Shown piece by piece: positions 1 through 16,665 of a stretch of 64,000 nucleotides of DNA; position 1 is the stretch's first letter; the number at the start of each line of letters is the position of its first letter. Position numbers and translations under genes: made by a program. The stretch is from Octopus vulgaris. Lineage: Eukaryota. The notes below the pieces were generated by a model that saw only the letters and a program-made list of their open reading frames with translations, did no database searches and had not been told where the DNA came from. Location of the stretch: positions 121,768,001-121,832,000 of the forward strand of contig OX597817.1 in assembly GCA_951406725.2 (NCBI GenBank), in the 5' to 3' direction.

Positions 1-1599
1 AAGGATTTAAAACTAGAGATTCATTTTTCTTTAGAAACGTATAAATTGATTGGTTGTAGATTGGGGAACTGCTTATATAATATACTTCCTGCCGATGTAA
101 TTCTACAACTTTATTCTGTAATTATTTACGCTCTAACCACTAAAAGTTTGCCACGAAGGTTAATTACTACTAGCGATATTATTCAGTATCTAAGCCCAAT
201 TTTGAGAATGCTGCAACAATAATTGATATTGAGAAATTAACTGCTTTTAGTTCAACAGAATCATAATCATGGTTTAATGCAGTGAGAGTTTTCAACTACT
301 TTATATCTGAAATGATCAAGTGGCTATTGTAATCGACATCCTATAAATAGAATTAAATATATTAGAATCGCCGCTTTTCTCTCCCGTAAATCACTTAAAC
401 AATAATTTCATCACTCACTCTCTTTTATTATTTTAATAATACATTCCTCTCATCATCCACAGAAAATTTAGTATACGTGTCCTCAAATTTGTATATTCTT
501 CCATTAATAATTATCTAAAAAGACCAATTCTTATTGAAAGTCCTTTATGTCTGGCACTCTGTTTAAATATATGAACAAAAATATCAGAAAACAATTTCAT
601 AATGGATTTAGTAATTTAGTTAAAAGAAATAAATTTTGTTATGTTGTTTGGGATTGTGATAAAATGTAGTTACTTGTTGAGTGAATCAAACATTTAAGTA
701 ACAGAATTAACATTCAAATATATCAAACAAATATTATTAATACATGATGTGCTCAAACGCTTGCGACGATTACAGATTCAGATGTTTAAGTTTAATCGCT
801 ATAATTATTTTAATTATTCTAATTTTCATTTCAGATGACACACGTAATTTAATGTTTTCATCTAAAAATAGTACCTAAGTAAGCTCCAGAAGCTATTCTG
901 TAACATATTGATATGAAGGAAATACTTCAAGTAAAATGTGAGGAATAAAGGGTGTTTGATTGAACCCTTTAACCAACATCAAGAAAATCATCATTAAATC
1001 CAACTCGTAATTTTATGATATATCTTTATCATATCCGAATTCTTTCAAGCCATATAAGATAATATGCAATATGTTATTATATTTGATCAATTGGATAAGT
1101 GATCGTTGTGTTGAAACTATTAAGATTTAATCAAATAGGTGTTTAAATTTGCTGTATGTCTAGAAATTTCTGATAAGCTAAAGACGACACCTATTAAAAG
1201 CAGTATGATCTTAATCTTATCTTTGGAGACTTTCCTGCTCAAAATGGTCAATCTCAAACAAAAACATTCTTAAACAAATATTAAACCGCTTACCATACTA
1301 AGCACAACATTGGTTTCTTTTGCTCATCGTATATTTATCACATAGTCTGTACCTATATTCAGTTCCTTAACAATACATCTAAAACTATAAGTTGCAGACA
1401 CATTATTTACAACAAACAAATATTGTTGAAGAAAAGAATGAACAGTAAAGTTCATCTCTAGTTCAAATGCATATTACATACTACTATTTATATCATCGTT
1501 TAAACTTCTATATTTCAGAAATGCAGCAAATTAGATATTTAAAAAAGGAGTATGTTATTTATTGTACTCGGGGGTGATAGCTACTTTTGTGAGACAGGT

Positions 1600-2325
1600 T
1601 GTCACTCCTACTGTATCTCGTCTGCAGTGCCATCACGGATGACATATCGGTCATACCACCACGAACCCAAACAATACGATAGACACCCAGCCTGCTGGAA
1701 AATAAGGCCAAATGGTCAGGAATGAAAATCAGTCCACAAAAATCTTGGAGTTTTAGTATCCCTCAAGGAAGGCTGACAGATGACGCCTTCAGCATTCAGA
1801 GTTTTGATATTCTAGCAATCTAAGAAAAAGATGTCTGATTCCATGGGAAGAATTACGATCGTACCTTCAAGTATATTGGCAATACCAAAGAAAATAAAAC
1901 CTAATTAGGGTTGATGATAAAAGTCAGCTACTTGGGAGATTCAAAGTATACTTTGACAGGATTCGAGTGGAGGCAATAGAGAAGTCTATGGTAAATTCGT
2001 ATAAAGGTCACTGGATGTTCTTCCTGTATTCAATTCAGTCAATATTTACAGTAAGACCGATAAGCTTCCCCTACCAATTTCATTAGTGGCGAAGGAATTC
2101 AAAGCCTCGGAGGCACGTAACACTGTATGAGGCCGACAAATTCAGACATGACAACATGACCCCAAAGTGTGGCAGAAAGTGGTACGGAAAGGACGGAAGG
2201 CTTGTGACACTGAGATACCTGCTGATGAGATGAAAGGGGTTTCGCCATTACGATTGATCCAGAAGTTGAGCTTGTAAGACCTGCAAGTTTCTGAGTTGCA
2301 CAAAGCACACCGGATTATTTTTTAA
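1600..2325 (+). mobile_element. Decayed non-LTR retrotransposon RT fragment (RLE-type, HERO/NeSL-like)
   Basis: Manual translation gives SAITDDISV (degenerate YxDD motif), ENKAKWSGMKISPQKSWSFSIPQG and NIYSKTDKLPLPISLVAKEFKASEAR. These resemble the RT C-terminus/thumb of HERO-like LINEs. Several stops and frameshifts. Confidence 0.6.
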
Positions 2326-2332
2326 CCTATAT

Positions 2333-4795
<2,463 letters not shown>

Positions 4796-4806
4796 ATATA
4801 TATATA

Positions 4807-4862
<56 letters not shown>

Positions 4863-4907
4863 GTATATGTATATAGTTTAAAAGAATAACCAGAAAGCAA
4901 ATGGTTG

Positions 4908-5006
4908 GTATTTCATTTATTACCAACGTTTCAGTGGTCGATTGACGATAATGGGTGCGTATCATATCGATCGTCAAACTTCTAGTCAGACAATATGTTG
5001 AAATAC
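4908..5006 (-). ncRNA. Degenerate hammerhead ribozyme with extended stem II
   Basis: Minus strand reads GUAUUUCA...CUGACUA(G8 mutated)...UUGACGAU/AUCGUCAA...GAAAC-GUUG-GUA...UGAAAUAC. It lies at the end of a (TA)n-flanked element (~4860-5680). Confidence 0.5.
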
Positions 5007-5672
5007 AGTTTATGGAATAACTTTTACTCTTCTGTATACATGAATCGTGTATCAACAAATGATAGGAAGAAAGGAGGCGAATTCACAATATAACAAGTAA
5101 ATGTAAGATATAAACAATAACGAACGGCGCAGACTTTCTAATTCGTTAGCCGAACATGGCCTTAAATTATATTCGAAAGGAGTGAAATTTAAACCATAGT
5201 TGTCTATTATCAATTCCGCCCTCCTTGTCATGGGGCGGGACACAATTGTTGATTATGTTCACGCGAGGCTATGTCCATGATTACGGTTGATATCCGATAC
5301 TTAAGCGTAATGAATTGTCAATTGTCGACATCCATTATTATACTTAATTAATAACTACTCATCTAACTATGATTTTCTTCTCTTGCACAAGAATTTGATG
5401 GAACTTCGTATATTAAATGTTCCTTATGTACAAATCATTTTACCTCATACGTTTAGTATCATTTTCTCCATCATTCTCCCCATATAGGTTTTAAGTAACA
5501 CCTCACATTTGTTTTATTGTGATGTTACCTTTCAAATTTTGATTTATATATAAGCATGAACATAAATGACTGTATAAGTTGGTGTACGTGCGTATGTATA
5601 AGTATACACATATCCATGAGTGCTATTGGATGCGCGTGTGTAGGTGAATGTGCGCATATATTTGGGTGTATG

Positions 5673-5714
<42 letters not shown>

Positions 5715-6396
5715 ATATTAATATTAGGGAAGTTATTTGCGAGTCCAAAGGGAGAGAAGTTCAATTTAGTGGTACTAAAATGAATTACTCACTGTATTAT
5801 ATACATATATAATATAAATTGTAATACCTACAATTCTTATTCCAAATAATCAAAATTAATCCCTTCAATTCCTATTTCAAATCATATACTTTACATTATC
5901 TAGTCTACGCGCGCTTCATGACAACATATTCCTCGGTATTGCTGAAATAGAATGTTTCCAAATACAATACCATATTAAAACGATTATATTGCCAATCTTC
6001 AGGTCTATCTTATATGAACGTATTTTGTTATTTACATCCTATATAAAGACATGACAAACTAAAATTAAATAATTAGAAGTTAATTTCAGATATCTTAGTT
6101 TCTTAATAAAAAATTATATTAGATGGTATTATTCTAAATTTTTAATCTTAATTTAGAAACTCAATTTTAAGATTAACGTCAATTTTAAGAATAATTGTAT
6201 AATCAATATACATTAATCGTATTATAATTATAAAAATAATAAACAATTAGATTTTTACTGATTTTTACTAATTTTTACTGACTTTTACTTATTTCAAACT
6301 ATGTAAAAATCATATGTTGAGTAATTTAGTTTATCTATTTACCGACCTAGAAATTTATTATTTATCAAAGTTGACATATAAATAGAATAAATTAAC

Positions 6397-6878
6397 AAAG
6401 AAACTCCTGGAGGATCACCTGGCCTTTACTATAGGTCACCTGAAGCAAGATCTCAGCTTTTGGTCAACCATTTTATAGTCTGCTGAAACGAAGTTGGAGT
6501 TATTTGGCCAAATAGGTGCTGAATACGTCTGGATGAAGAAAGGAGAAACATACAAGCCGAAGAACACTGTGTCCACCGTTAAGCATGGTAGTGGAAACAT
6601 AATGCTATGGGGATGCTTCACTTCCAGTGGCACAGGGGACCTTGTAAAGGTCCAAAGAATCATGAGAAAGGAGGATTACATCAAGATCCTGAGTGAAAAC
6701 GCGAAGGAATCCGCTGAGAAACTCCAGCGCGGTTACAATTGAAAGTACCAGCAGGACAATAATACGAAGCATACCGCCAAAGTAGTGAAGAAATGGTTAA
6801 AGGGCAATGCTGTCAACATCGAAGGATGGCCAAGTCAGAGTCCTGACCTGAATCCGATCGAGAACTTGTGGCAAGTAT
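6397..6878 (+). mobile_element. Tc1 (DD34E) transposase fragment
   Basis: Translation includes ETKLELFG...VWMKKGE...TVKHGSGNIMLWGCF...[11 protein letters not shown]...[15 protein letters not shown], with internal stops. Confidence 0.92.
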
Positions 6879-6952
6879 GAATAATTTTGAGCACGAATGT
6901 ATGTGTTCACACAACCGTATACAAACATGCACACAAATACACTCATACATAT

Positions 6953-7004
<52 letters not shown>

Positions 7005-7007
<3 letters not shown>

Positions 7008-7345
7008 GCCAAAGTTAGGGAATGGGGTAGATGAAAACCAGGCTACATATGTTTCGTAGGTACCAAGGTACCAAAACTTCGTAAGTAGTAATTGTCCAAA
7101 CAAGGAGTAATCCAATAGCTACTCATCTGCTCACCGATACCTTAATCAAAAGGTTTCAAGGTTTCAATCGACTCAACATTGGATCCCTGACGACAATGTT
7201 AACTTCCTTTGATTAAAGTAACTTTGGTCCGATGAGTAGCTAGCGGATTACCCCCTCGTTTGGATAATTATTGCTTCAGAAGTTCTGTTAGCTATGAAGC
7301 ATATACAGCTTTGATTTTATCTACTCCATTCCCGAGATTGGATAT
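7005..7345. repeat. Diverged inverted repeat (~7010-7100 vs ~7260-7342) containing a decayed hammerhead-like motif
   Basis: Reverse complement of 7010-7100 (TTGGACAATTACTACTTACGAAG...GAAACATATGTAGCC...TCATCTACCCCATTCCC) matches the plus strand at 7260-7342 (TTGGATAATTATTGCTTCAGAAG...GAAGCATATACAGC...TATCTACTCCATTCCC). Confidence 0.6.
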
Positions 7346-7540
7346 ATATTCGCATACACAGCAAACCATGTTGCTAACCGAAAGCCAGAAAACATTTTTT
7401 TTCAGTTTACCGAAATTCGATACGAGGGAAACTTACAGCCTTCTACGTCAATAAATACTATTGTTCCTGAAAGTGGATTTTTATACAGTCTATGGACTGT
7501 TCGAAGCTGACTATCTTCCTACACTTTGGTACTTGGATCT

Positions 7541-7869
7541 TACTTTATTCTCTCTTTTACTCTTTTACTTGTTTCAGTCATTTGACTGCGGCCATGCTGG
7601 AGCACCGCCTTTAGTCGAGCAAATCGACCCCAGGACTTATTCTTTGTAAGCCCAGTACTTATTCTATCGGTCTCTTTCGCCGAACCGCTAAGTGACGGGG
7701 ACGTAAACACACCAGCATCGGTTGTCAAGCAATGCTAGGGGGACAAACACAGACACACAAACATATACACACTCACTTATATATATATACATATATACGA
7801 CAGGCTTCTTTCAGTTTCCGTCTACCAAATCCACTCACTTCTTTCAGTTTCCGTCTACCAAATCCACTT
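7541..7869 (-). mobile_element. SINE family 1, 5'-truncated, with a ~32-bp internal tandem duplication
   Basis: Near-identical to 2333-2560. TTCTTTCAGTTTCCGTCTACCAAATCCACT occurs twice at ~7806-7868. Confidence 0.9.
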
Positions 7870-7892
7870 ATATATATATTTATATATAAATA

Positions 7893-8230
7893 TGGCTCTG
7901 CGGGCTCAGTCCATGGACAAAAATATTCTACTATAACAGCGAGCCAAACAAGGATGTGATTAGATTTGGTAGAAGCCCATCATTTATACCTATGTGTACG
8001 TGTGTGTACATGTATATTTTGTTCCATGTGTGCATGTGCCTGTCTGTGGGTGTTTCCCCACCAGCGTTGGAATACTACTGATGTTTGTGTTTACGTCCTT
8101 GTAACATAACGGACCGATAGAATATATACCAGTACAGGGGTCGCTTTGTTTGTCTAAACCTTATCAGGCAATGCTCCAGCGTCACCGCAGTTCAATGAGT
8201 GAAACAAGTAAATTGTGAAAGATAAAAGAT
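7893..8230 (+). mobile_element. SINE family 1, old diverged copy
   Basis: Diverged matches: GATTTGGTAGA, GTGTTTACGTCC, GACCGATAGAATA, GCTCCAGC, TGAAACAAGTAAAA. Confidence 0.7.
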
Positions 8231-8362
8231 ATATGTACGTATAACACACACGCACACACACACATACACCCACCCACCCATGCATACACTTACATACACA
8301 GACACTCATATAGATATAAATAAGTACAGGTAAAAAGTTCGTCTGCACATATACATGATTAT

Positions 8363-8406
<44 letters not shown>

Positions 8407-8421
8407 TAAGAAAGTTTGTTT

Positions 8422-8461
<40 letters not shown>

Positions 8462-8847
8462 TATATATAATATGGTTATGCGTGCCTGTCAGTGCGTGGG
8501 TACATCTAATTCAGAAAATGGAGTTATATAAAAATATCGATTATAAATTAAAACTTGATATTCACTTAAAGAGGGAAATCAATAATCTAAGTAGAAAATC
8601 ATGAAGCGATATCTTTCATCCTTCAGCCAGTGTATACAGAGATGAAAGTGCTATTTCTAGCAGAAGGCTGTGGCTTTCCAATATAAAATAGCCGTTGCAT
8701 AATTTGTGCTCCAGCCTAAGAAGTCTTTGAACAGTTCAATGAATAATCAAGCAAACTTGATTTTTGAAGACGGATCAATATTCATTCATAAACGTTCAGT
8801 TATTTATCGAGTTTCCCATTAGTATATTACTTTCTATTTTATTTCAG

Positions 8848-8964
8848 AATTCATACTCTACACCGACTTTATAAAACAGTGTCTTTTATGCTATGAAGAC
8901 GAGACAGAAACAAAGTACAATATTGGAAATTTGGTCCCGATGGTATTTAATGAATATTTGACGA
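8848..8964 (+). CDS. Candidate internal exon (117 nt, phase 1-1), unknown product
   Basis: Acceptor TTTCTATTTTATTTCAG| and donor |GTAAGA. Open frame xFILYTDFIKQCLLCYEDETETKYNIGNLVPMVFNEYLT. No recognisable homology. Confidence 0.3.
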
Positions 8965-9697
8965 GTAAGATGCAATATTTCTTAGCACATAAATTACACG
9001 TCCTCACATATTTATTTTCGTAAAGGGTAATCATTGAGTTGATTCCATATGAAAACATTAATATAACAACAACAGTAAATGTGTAACTCTCATTTTAGCA
9101 AGAAATGAATAGGATTTCATTAATAGGCCTGGCTTTTTATCTCTCATTCATAAACATAGGCACTATTGAAACAAAATGAACTTTAAAAGTTAACCTTAGT
9201 TTTCTCGATAAGAAACCCATTCTATTAAAGATTTTCATGTATAACATTCTTTGTAGATTTATTCTCAGCATATAAAAGCTAATGAGAAGATTCCCTTATT
9301 TTTATATAAAGATATATTTTCTGGCTTACATTTATTTGAAATGTCTTTTTCAAAATGTTTAATTACTTCCAAGTCTATACAACGTTTATTCCATTATAAA
9401 ATTATAAAGAGAGTCACCTGCCGCTATAGATATAATGAAAAATGACTGCTGCGAAAATGAAATGCAGACATTTATTAAAGAGTTTCTTGAAATGCCATTA
9501 AGATGTTACTAAATCATACAATAGAAAGAGATGTTGCCGAAGTAAATTGTTATCATCTAGACTGAATGATAGAATGCTACGAGTAGGAGGCAATACTACG
9601 TTCAAATTGGAAACCTGGTATAAACATTTATGAATTAAGTATTATGCAGATATATGCCAAAATAATATTAAAAAATATACGAGGCCGTCTCTCTCTC

Positions 9698-9764
<67 letters not shown>

Positions 9765-10472
9765 CTTGAAAGTATGTGCGTATATGTAAGAGTATACAGC
9801 CGTATACTTCTCTTAAAAGCTTAGCGTATAAAAAGTATGTTCCTTACTGTACCATGTTCCCAAAGATTTATCATAAAAATATTTATTAAGTTATTCATAC
9901 TACAAGCAACGATTAAAGTTTTTCATTGTATGCTAAAATGGATTTTTACCTTTGTAACATATGCATTTTATAGCTGTTATAGGGAACGTGCGGTGTCATA
10001 ACGTGCTGACATTGATACAAAGTAACACTACAGGAAATCCACAACACCAATATTCCACATCAAGTGACATAACAAATTGTATTATAAAAGCTAAATGCAT
10101 TCTTTATACAAAACAGAACAAAGAACTTCCGGGATATGAAAAAACATCAATTGTTATGCCTGAATGCTGATAACAAACACAAAATCGTCATATACGAGAG
10201 CAATAATAAAAACTGTGGTACGTCGGGGATGGTTAGTTGATGACAATAAGTTGTCCTGTATTGATGTTTTGTATGTAATGTTGTTTTTCATTACGAGGTT
10301 GAAAGACTCTGTGTTATAGGGGACTAGGAAATTAGGTTGTTTATATCTTGTTTGAGCACGGACTAAATCAATAAAACAATGCTCTCCTAACTTAGCATGG
10401 AGCTCACCATTTGTTGCAGAATGCTCGCTAATCTCAAATATAATGTGGATATTTCTCCTGTCTCCTCAGTCA

Positions 10473-10506
<34 letters not shown>

Positions 10507-11559
10507 GCCTCTCTCTGAAATAGATCGGGTGTCTTAGACGTGTAAAGATACTTATATACATAGATGCATACCTGCATACACACAGCCATTTCAACACTAC
10601 TCCGTCTTAGCGTAAGACGGAATAATACATACGTTATCTCCATTGTCTTTGTGTAATGTCACATCATTTTTCATAAAAGCGACAGCGCAGCGGCGTAACA
10701 GATTGCTTGAAGACTGAGTTAAGTAGTTTTCTATAGCTATATCTCAATTTTAAACTTACCAGATTCCACCTCATATTTTATTACTTGATGAATTGTGTAA
10801 GTAGCTTCGTGCAACGAGATCGATTTATTCATGCAGACTTAGCGTAATATTAATTTCATATAGTTTAATCTGAATGAAACATTCAAACATCTTTTTACAC
10901 TCAGAGTATTGAAATAAACAGTGCCTGAATAACTCCTACAAAGTTCATGTATGTTGACTTCTGCCATTGGTCTTTTTCTGCTTTCATATCGCTTTCGGTA
11001 AACATTAGCCATATTGGTTATAGTTTTCCTATTGACCAATCAATACGAGTGCCTAAAGTTTCTTTCTAGGTGTTTTACAATGAATAAATACATGCATGGT
11101 ACTTTGATTTTCTAAGGGACCGATTTGTCAGTGCCCCCATCAGTGTCCCCATCAGTGTCAGTTTTGCATCCATCAACGACATACATCAAAGTTGCACACG
11201 TATTCTTATACACATATTTATTAATTCAAACAAATAACTAAATGTCGAGCAGCCGTAATATTCCCTTCCACGAAATTCCGTGTCCTTATATTTGTTTGGG
11301 CTTGATAGACATTTCCTCATTTCCTTCGCAGACTGTACGTAACCTAAAACATCGTTGTTTTCAAAGTAGACACAAAGAAAATAAAACAAAGTATGGGAAT
11401 GGAAAGAATTCCAGAAAGGTAAGGTTCTGGGCAGAAGGAATCAGGTTTATCGGTTCTCTGGTTGAAATTGTGAGCAGACGCACTATAGAAAACAAGTCGG
11501 AGATTGCTGGTTTAGTCATGGATGTCTGAAAGGTGAAGTTGGTATCTACAACCAGTTCC

Positions 11560-11870
11560 AAAATATCGACCATTGCAGTAACGATAGTATTTTTGGAACT
11601 GCGAAAGTAACCCTCTCTAAAGCAGACTCTATTTCTTACTAAGTTGAGAATGTGCATTTAGCACGAGACATCCCGAGGCTAGTGAGGACAAGAATTTTTA
11701 GTGAGATTGATGATGCTAGTTGCGTGTTTCTCATAATCTGAGGAGTGCGAAAATATTCTCTTAAAATGTGTAGTGGTTGTATTTTTGTGTTTGTATTGTT
11801 GAAGAAACAACATTAGAATGGCCTCACAGATATATTTAAGATCCCAGTTCTGGCATAACTGCTTGTTAAG
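11560..11870 (-). mobile_element. Possible hAT transposase C-terminal (dimerisation) remnant
   Basis: Minus strand LKILVLTSLGMSRAKCTFST..RNRVCFR loosely resembles the hAT 'LP.S.A..ERSFS.L...K..R' motif. Confidence 0.25.
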
Positions 11871-11894
11871 ATGTTTGTTGGTATGTTTGTTGGT

Positions 11895-12072
11895 ATGTAT
11901 GTTGGTGTGTTAACGTCCCTGTAATTTAGCGCTTCGGCTAAAGATACCCACAGGATATGTACTAGGCTTAAAAAAAGTAGTTCCGGGCTCGATTCGTTCG
12001 ACTAAAACCCTTCAAGGTGATGCTCCATCATGCCTGCAGTCAAATGACTGAAACAAGTAAAAGCGTAAAAAA
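11895..12072 (+). mobile_element. SINE family 1, 3' fragment
   Basis: GGTGTGTTAACGTCCC...CGACTAAAA...GCAGTCAAATGACTGAAACAAGTAAAAG. Confidence 0.8.
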
Positions 12073-12089
12073 CAAACGATGATATATAC

Positions 12090-12176
<87 letters not shown>

Positions 12177-12234
12177 TCAGGGCATATAACAACAATAACA
12201 ACAATAATAATAAAAATAATAATAGTAATAGTAC

Positions 12235-12304
<70 letters not shown>

Positions 12305-12408
12305 TATTATTAAGGCGGCGAGCTGCTAGAATGTGGTGGTAAGCAAGCTTCTTACCACACAGTTATTCCTGCACCTACAGCCACTCCTGTAACCACTCCT
12401 GTATGCCC

Positions 12409-12506
12409 ATTATACATTTATACACACTATTTTATATGGCAGATTATACATTTATATACACTATTTTATATGGGAGATTATACATTTATATACACTATTT
12501 TATATG
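12409..12506. repeat. 34-bp minisatellite, ~2.9 copies
   Basis: Unit ATTATACATTTATA(C/T)ACACTATTTTATATGG(C/G)AG starts at 12409, 12443 and 12477. Confidence 0.95.
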
Positions 12507-13509
12507 TACTACTCTGTCACGTTTTGTAAAAGCAAATGGGAGAATATTAGAGTTATTTCCAGTTTAACCGAAGACAAACGTAGCCTGTTGAAATACTGTT
12601 TTTGATATATTAACGTCGAACAGAAAATAAAATTTAAAGCACAAAACGAAATAAAATTACGTATAAATGATAAACGTTAGATTGTTAAAGAAAACAGTCA
12701 AATTGTAAACATACAGATGTATAATACAACAGAGTTAATAGCATCAATATAGGATAACATAATGTAATGGGAATATATACACTGTTAGTATACGGCTCAT
12801 CGCACAAACCAGATCAGACAGTCGTAACTAAAATAAGTTGGGATTAAAGATTTACTCGAACTTGTGAGTAAACAACAACACCTTCAAACAACACTTCGTT
12901 ATAATTGCTATCTTTATTTAGGCTTCAATGCCTCGAAAGGAATTCAGTATATCACAACACGGTTCTGTATATGTATGTATGAGAGAAAGAGAGAGAGAGA
13001 GAGGGAGGAGGGATAGAATGAAAGGGAGGCGTTGCTGGAGAGATAAATTATACACGTGTTTGTGTACATGTGTGCGTATGCTAATGTTTTGTGTCTGTGT
13101 GTGTGTTTGTGTGCATCTGCCTGTGCGTATGTGTCATGGGCAGCAGAATACGTCTCCCTGAATGATATCTATTGTAATGTTATAAACCTCCAATCGCTCT
13201 ATATTAGTTTCGAACGTAGTTGCATCCACCACACAGCAACCTCGTCTCTATTCCTCTTAACAGTTACTATCCTTCTACCACGCTCCTTAGCTAAAACTAC
13301 CTAAAACCAGTAATCTCCCTTCATTAATTCTTCAAAAATAATTCGCCAGCCATTACAGAGGTTTGCTTGCTGCTTGAGCTGAACTAGTCAAGTATGATAT
13401 ACTTCAAACGTCTGAGTCGCTGTTGCTGAATGTTGATATAATGCTTTTCTTTTAACATTATATCAACATTGTTGTAGTGTATGTGTGAAATGTCGTGCTG
13501 GCTGCGTGA

Positions 13510-13880
13510 ATAAAAACGGAGGGGGACTCACGAACATTTATTTGCAACTTTTATTGCCGAATATAATATATTGGATGTTGGGCATTTACAATGAACGATA
13601 TTAATAATTGCCGAATGGGAAGAGGGAAAAACCGCTGTGTAAATGTTAAAAGTGATCTCTGGGACATCATGTGGTGTGTTAGAATACCGGAAGTTGTCTA
13701 TGCAAAAGTCCGAGTTCAATCAGAGCATCATTGGTCTTTTGTATGAGTCAGTCAGCTGACCTCAAAAATTTGCGGTGATTTAAGTGCCGAATTGTTGCTA
13801 TAGGCGACAAGAAGTTAAATTTAAGAGCATTCGAGAAAGCCATATCACGTCACAGCTTGAAGCTGTTTGGTCAAATTATA
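13510..13880 (+). mobile_element. Decayed hAT-like transposase N-terminal fragment
   Basis: EHLFATFIAEYNILDVGHL followed by CRMGRGK resembles the 'AE..F..FIAEHN.PF...DHL...C.RTK' motif of hAT transposases. Confidence 0.4.
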
Positions 13881-15809
13881 GATCAATCTCCTGAAACTGC
13901 GGTGAGTCATTCGTGGTGCCTAAATGGTTATCATGCAGTTAGGGTTCAAATCCCAGACACAATTTCTATAGATTATCAGAGAAAGTAATAATACAACTAA
14001 CACTAATCACTTGAAAGTGCGTAGTAACTTAATGCATTACAATGCATATGATGCCTAATGTAAATTATTCAAGACGAGTTACCTTCTGTCAGTAAGAAAT
14101 AGCAGTCAAAACACTAACCACATTCTAATCTCTTAAAATAGAAGGAAACATCGAATCATTCTACATACAGCATGTGCGAATAAAAGACGTGTTAGTCACA
14201 ACTGGAAACATATTTCTACTCAATGAAGATAGTTATCAGTTTAAACATCGGCAAAGAATAATTTATGTAGAATGAAGATGTCTCTCTCAGGTAATAATTA
14301 ATTGGAGTTTCACCTGGCGTAGTAAAAATAAATATGTATTAATGATGCCAAATATTCTCAGAGAGTCACAGTTTTGGATGATATAATTTTAATGAAGTCG
14401 TGATTGTCGAAACGGAGCCTGAATACAATTTAAAATATATGAAGGAGATATGTGTATGTTATTTAAAAATTAAAAAATCTTCCTTTCCAGAGCTCAAAAT
14501 TAATTTCATTAACATCCGCACATTTCAATTAGTAATTAATTAAGATTATTCCTAAACTATTATATTTTGTCATATTTACAAAAATATCCCGATCATAAAA
14601 TAGTGATTTTGTTCAATTGTAAATAGCGGGAGTTTACTAATATTTTTTTAAGAGAGAGCAACAATCAAAACAAAGCGAAAAGTCTCTTGAAAATTTTATT
14701 CAATGACAATTTTCACTACTAAAATGTAAGAAGAGCAGGTGATAGAATTCTATATAAAACACCATAAGCGAGACCCAGACAGCTTCTAATCGATTTTAAA
14801 ACGAGCTCTCGGCTTTTTTTTTATCATTTTATTGGAGGTGCCCTGAAGATAGTTCTAATTAATTGCAAAACCAAGTAGAATGAAAAATAGCATGAACATC
14901 TGTTGAAGATGAAAATAAATCGATTACAAAGCTTCTGTTATTACAGGTAAGCATAGCATATGTTGAATATAGTTTTTAAGCAAGAAACGAGGATATTTGC
15001 TCAGAGGAAACCTATATCAATAATTCTGGCTTGGTTCTCAGTGAGCTCTTGTTCTGAAGGTTATGTAAATAATTATAAAACAGTTGCGTATTTTCTGTCC
15101 AGTGTTTAATTAGCTACTTCAAGTATGCTCTCTCTATTTCTCTATTTATAGTTTCAGATATAATTTGACTGAATGAAAATAAAGTGAGTTAATAGGGATG
15201 TTTTATTTTTATCCACTTAAAAAAAATGGAAAACCTGTTATGAGAGAAAACATATTTATAGATTTATTTTTCGTCAGTGCATTTCATATATGGATAATAT
15301 CCAAACATACAACGTTATTAAGCAATTAGGTAAACGAGCGAATATACCATTCATGTATAAACCTATTAATTACACATACACACAGATAGATAAAATAAAT
15401 AATTATATAGATGTATACATAAATGCTTCTAAATATAAGTAGCGTGCAGTTTTAGTATACAAATTAGAAACACCTTCACTAAATACAAACAACTTATAGA
15501 GCTTCAAATATGTTATATATAACTCGTTGAGCCCAGATGAATGCAGGGTCATCGACCATTTATAAGAAAAATAATGGTTGTACATATTTTAAATGAAAGT
15601 ATTGACAATGACTCCAAAGTCTCAGGTTACTCGCCTATATCAGACTTTTGAAGGATAGCAAACCGAAACTTCGAAGTTACTCTCATCCTTTTCCTTGAAG
15701 ACGTTAACGATATTAACTTTACTAAATATATTGAGTAATCTTTCAGTTTTATTTAATTGATTTTACATATAACTTGGCATAAAAGCAAACGTTTGTATGT
15801 GTGCGCGTG

Positions 15810-15846
<37 letters not shown>

Positions 15847-15857
15847 ATATATATATA

Positions 15858-16040
15858 TAATTCAAGAAACAAAGAAAAAAGTAAAACAAAAGACAGAAAA
15901 CAAACAGAGGACGTAGTACAAGCAATGTATTGGTATGACGCTAGGAGAAGGAAAAAAGTAGGTGTTTTACGTTACGAGCATAGCTCCTCTTCGGAAAGAG
16001 GAAAATCAGCAAAGTCCAAATTTACTTTTTCCCTGACCCA
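15858..16040 (-). mobile_element. Short (TA)n-flanked non-autonomous element with a decayed minimal hammerhead (same family as 45573-45783)
   Basis: Minus strand reads UUU-CCGAAGA-G-GAGC(uau)GCUC-GUAA-CG-UA-AAA. Compare 45649-45686. Confidence 0.55.
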
Positions 16041-16044
16041 TATG

Positions 16045-16111
<67 letters not shown>

Positions 16112-16446
16112 GAGTGAGTTAACAAACGGAAGAAATGGTTCGCAACGCCTTCATTGGGAGTCACATATATTGTTCAAAACAGTTCGATTCGGATACATAG
16201 GCATACATGTATTTGCATATACATGTATAAATATAAAGACATTGTGAAAAACTATTATCAGAAACTATTAGAACTAACGAGATCTAACCAGAAGTTTACT
16301 TCTAATCCTAAACATACATGTATTAGGTTTAGTAAACAGAGCATCTTCCCAAGAAATCTTAATACAAAGAGTACCTTGTCGGGAAGATCTTAAATGATTT
16401 TCATGTAAAGTCTAAATTGAATGTAAGGATATTAATCAGACTGCAT

Positions 16447-16665
16447 AAACAGTGAGTTGAAATAATCGTTAGCACGCTGGACAAAAAATACATAGCAGTA
16501 TGTCTTCTAGTTTTACATCTTCAGATCAAATTACTCTGGGGTCGACTTTACCTTTCATCATTCGGAGTCGATAAAGTAAGCAACAGTCAAGTACTGGGGT
16601 CAACGTAATCGACTAGTCACCTGTCTACAAAATCAGGCCTTGTGACTAAATTCGGGAGGATTAAT
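16447..16665 (+). mobile_element. SINE family 2, diverged copy
   Basis: AATCGTTAGCACGCTGG...GGTCGACTTTACCTTTCATC...ACTGGGGTC...CAGGCCTTGTG. Confidence 0.75.

Noticed and set aside
12409-12506. CRISPR-like array
   Set aside because: The units are contiguous tandem repeats without unique spacers, and the context is eukaryotic.
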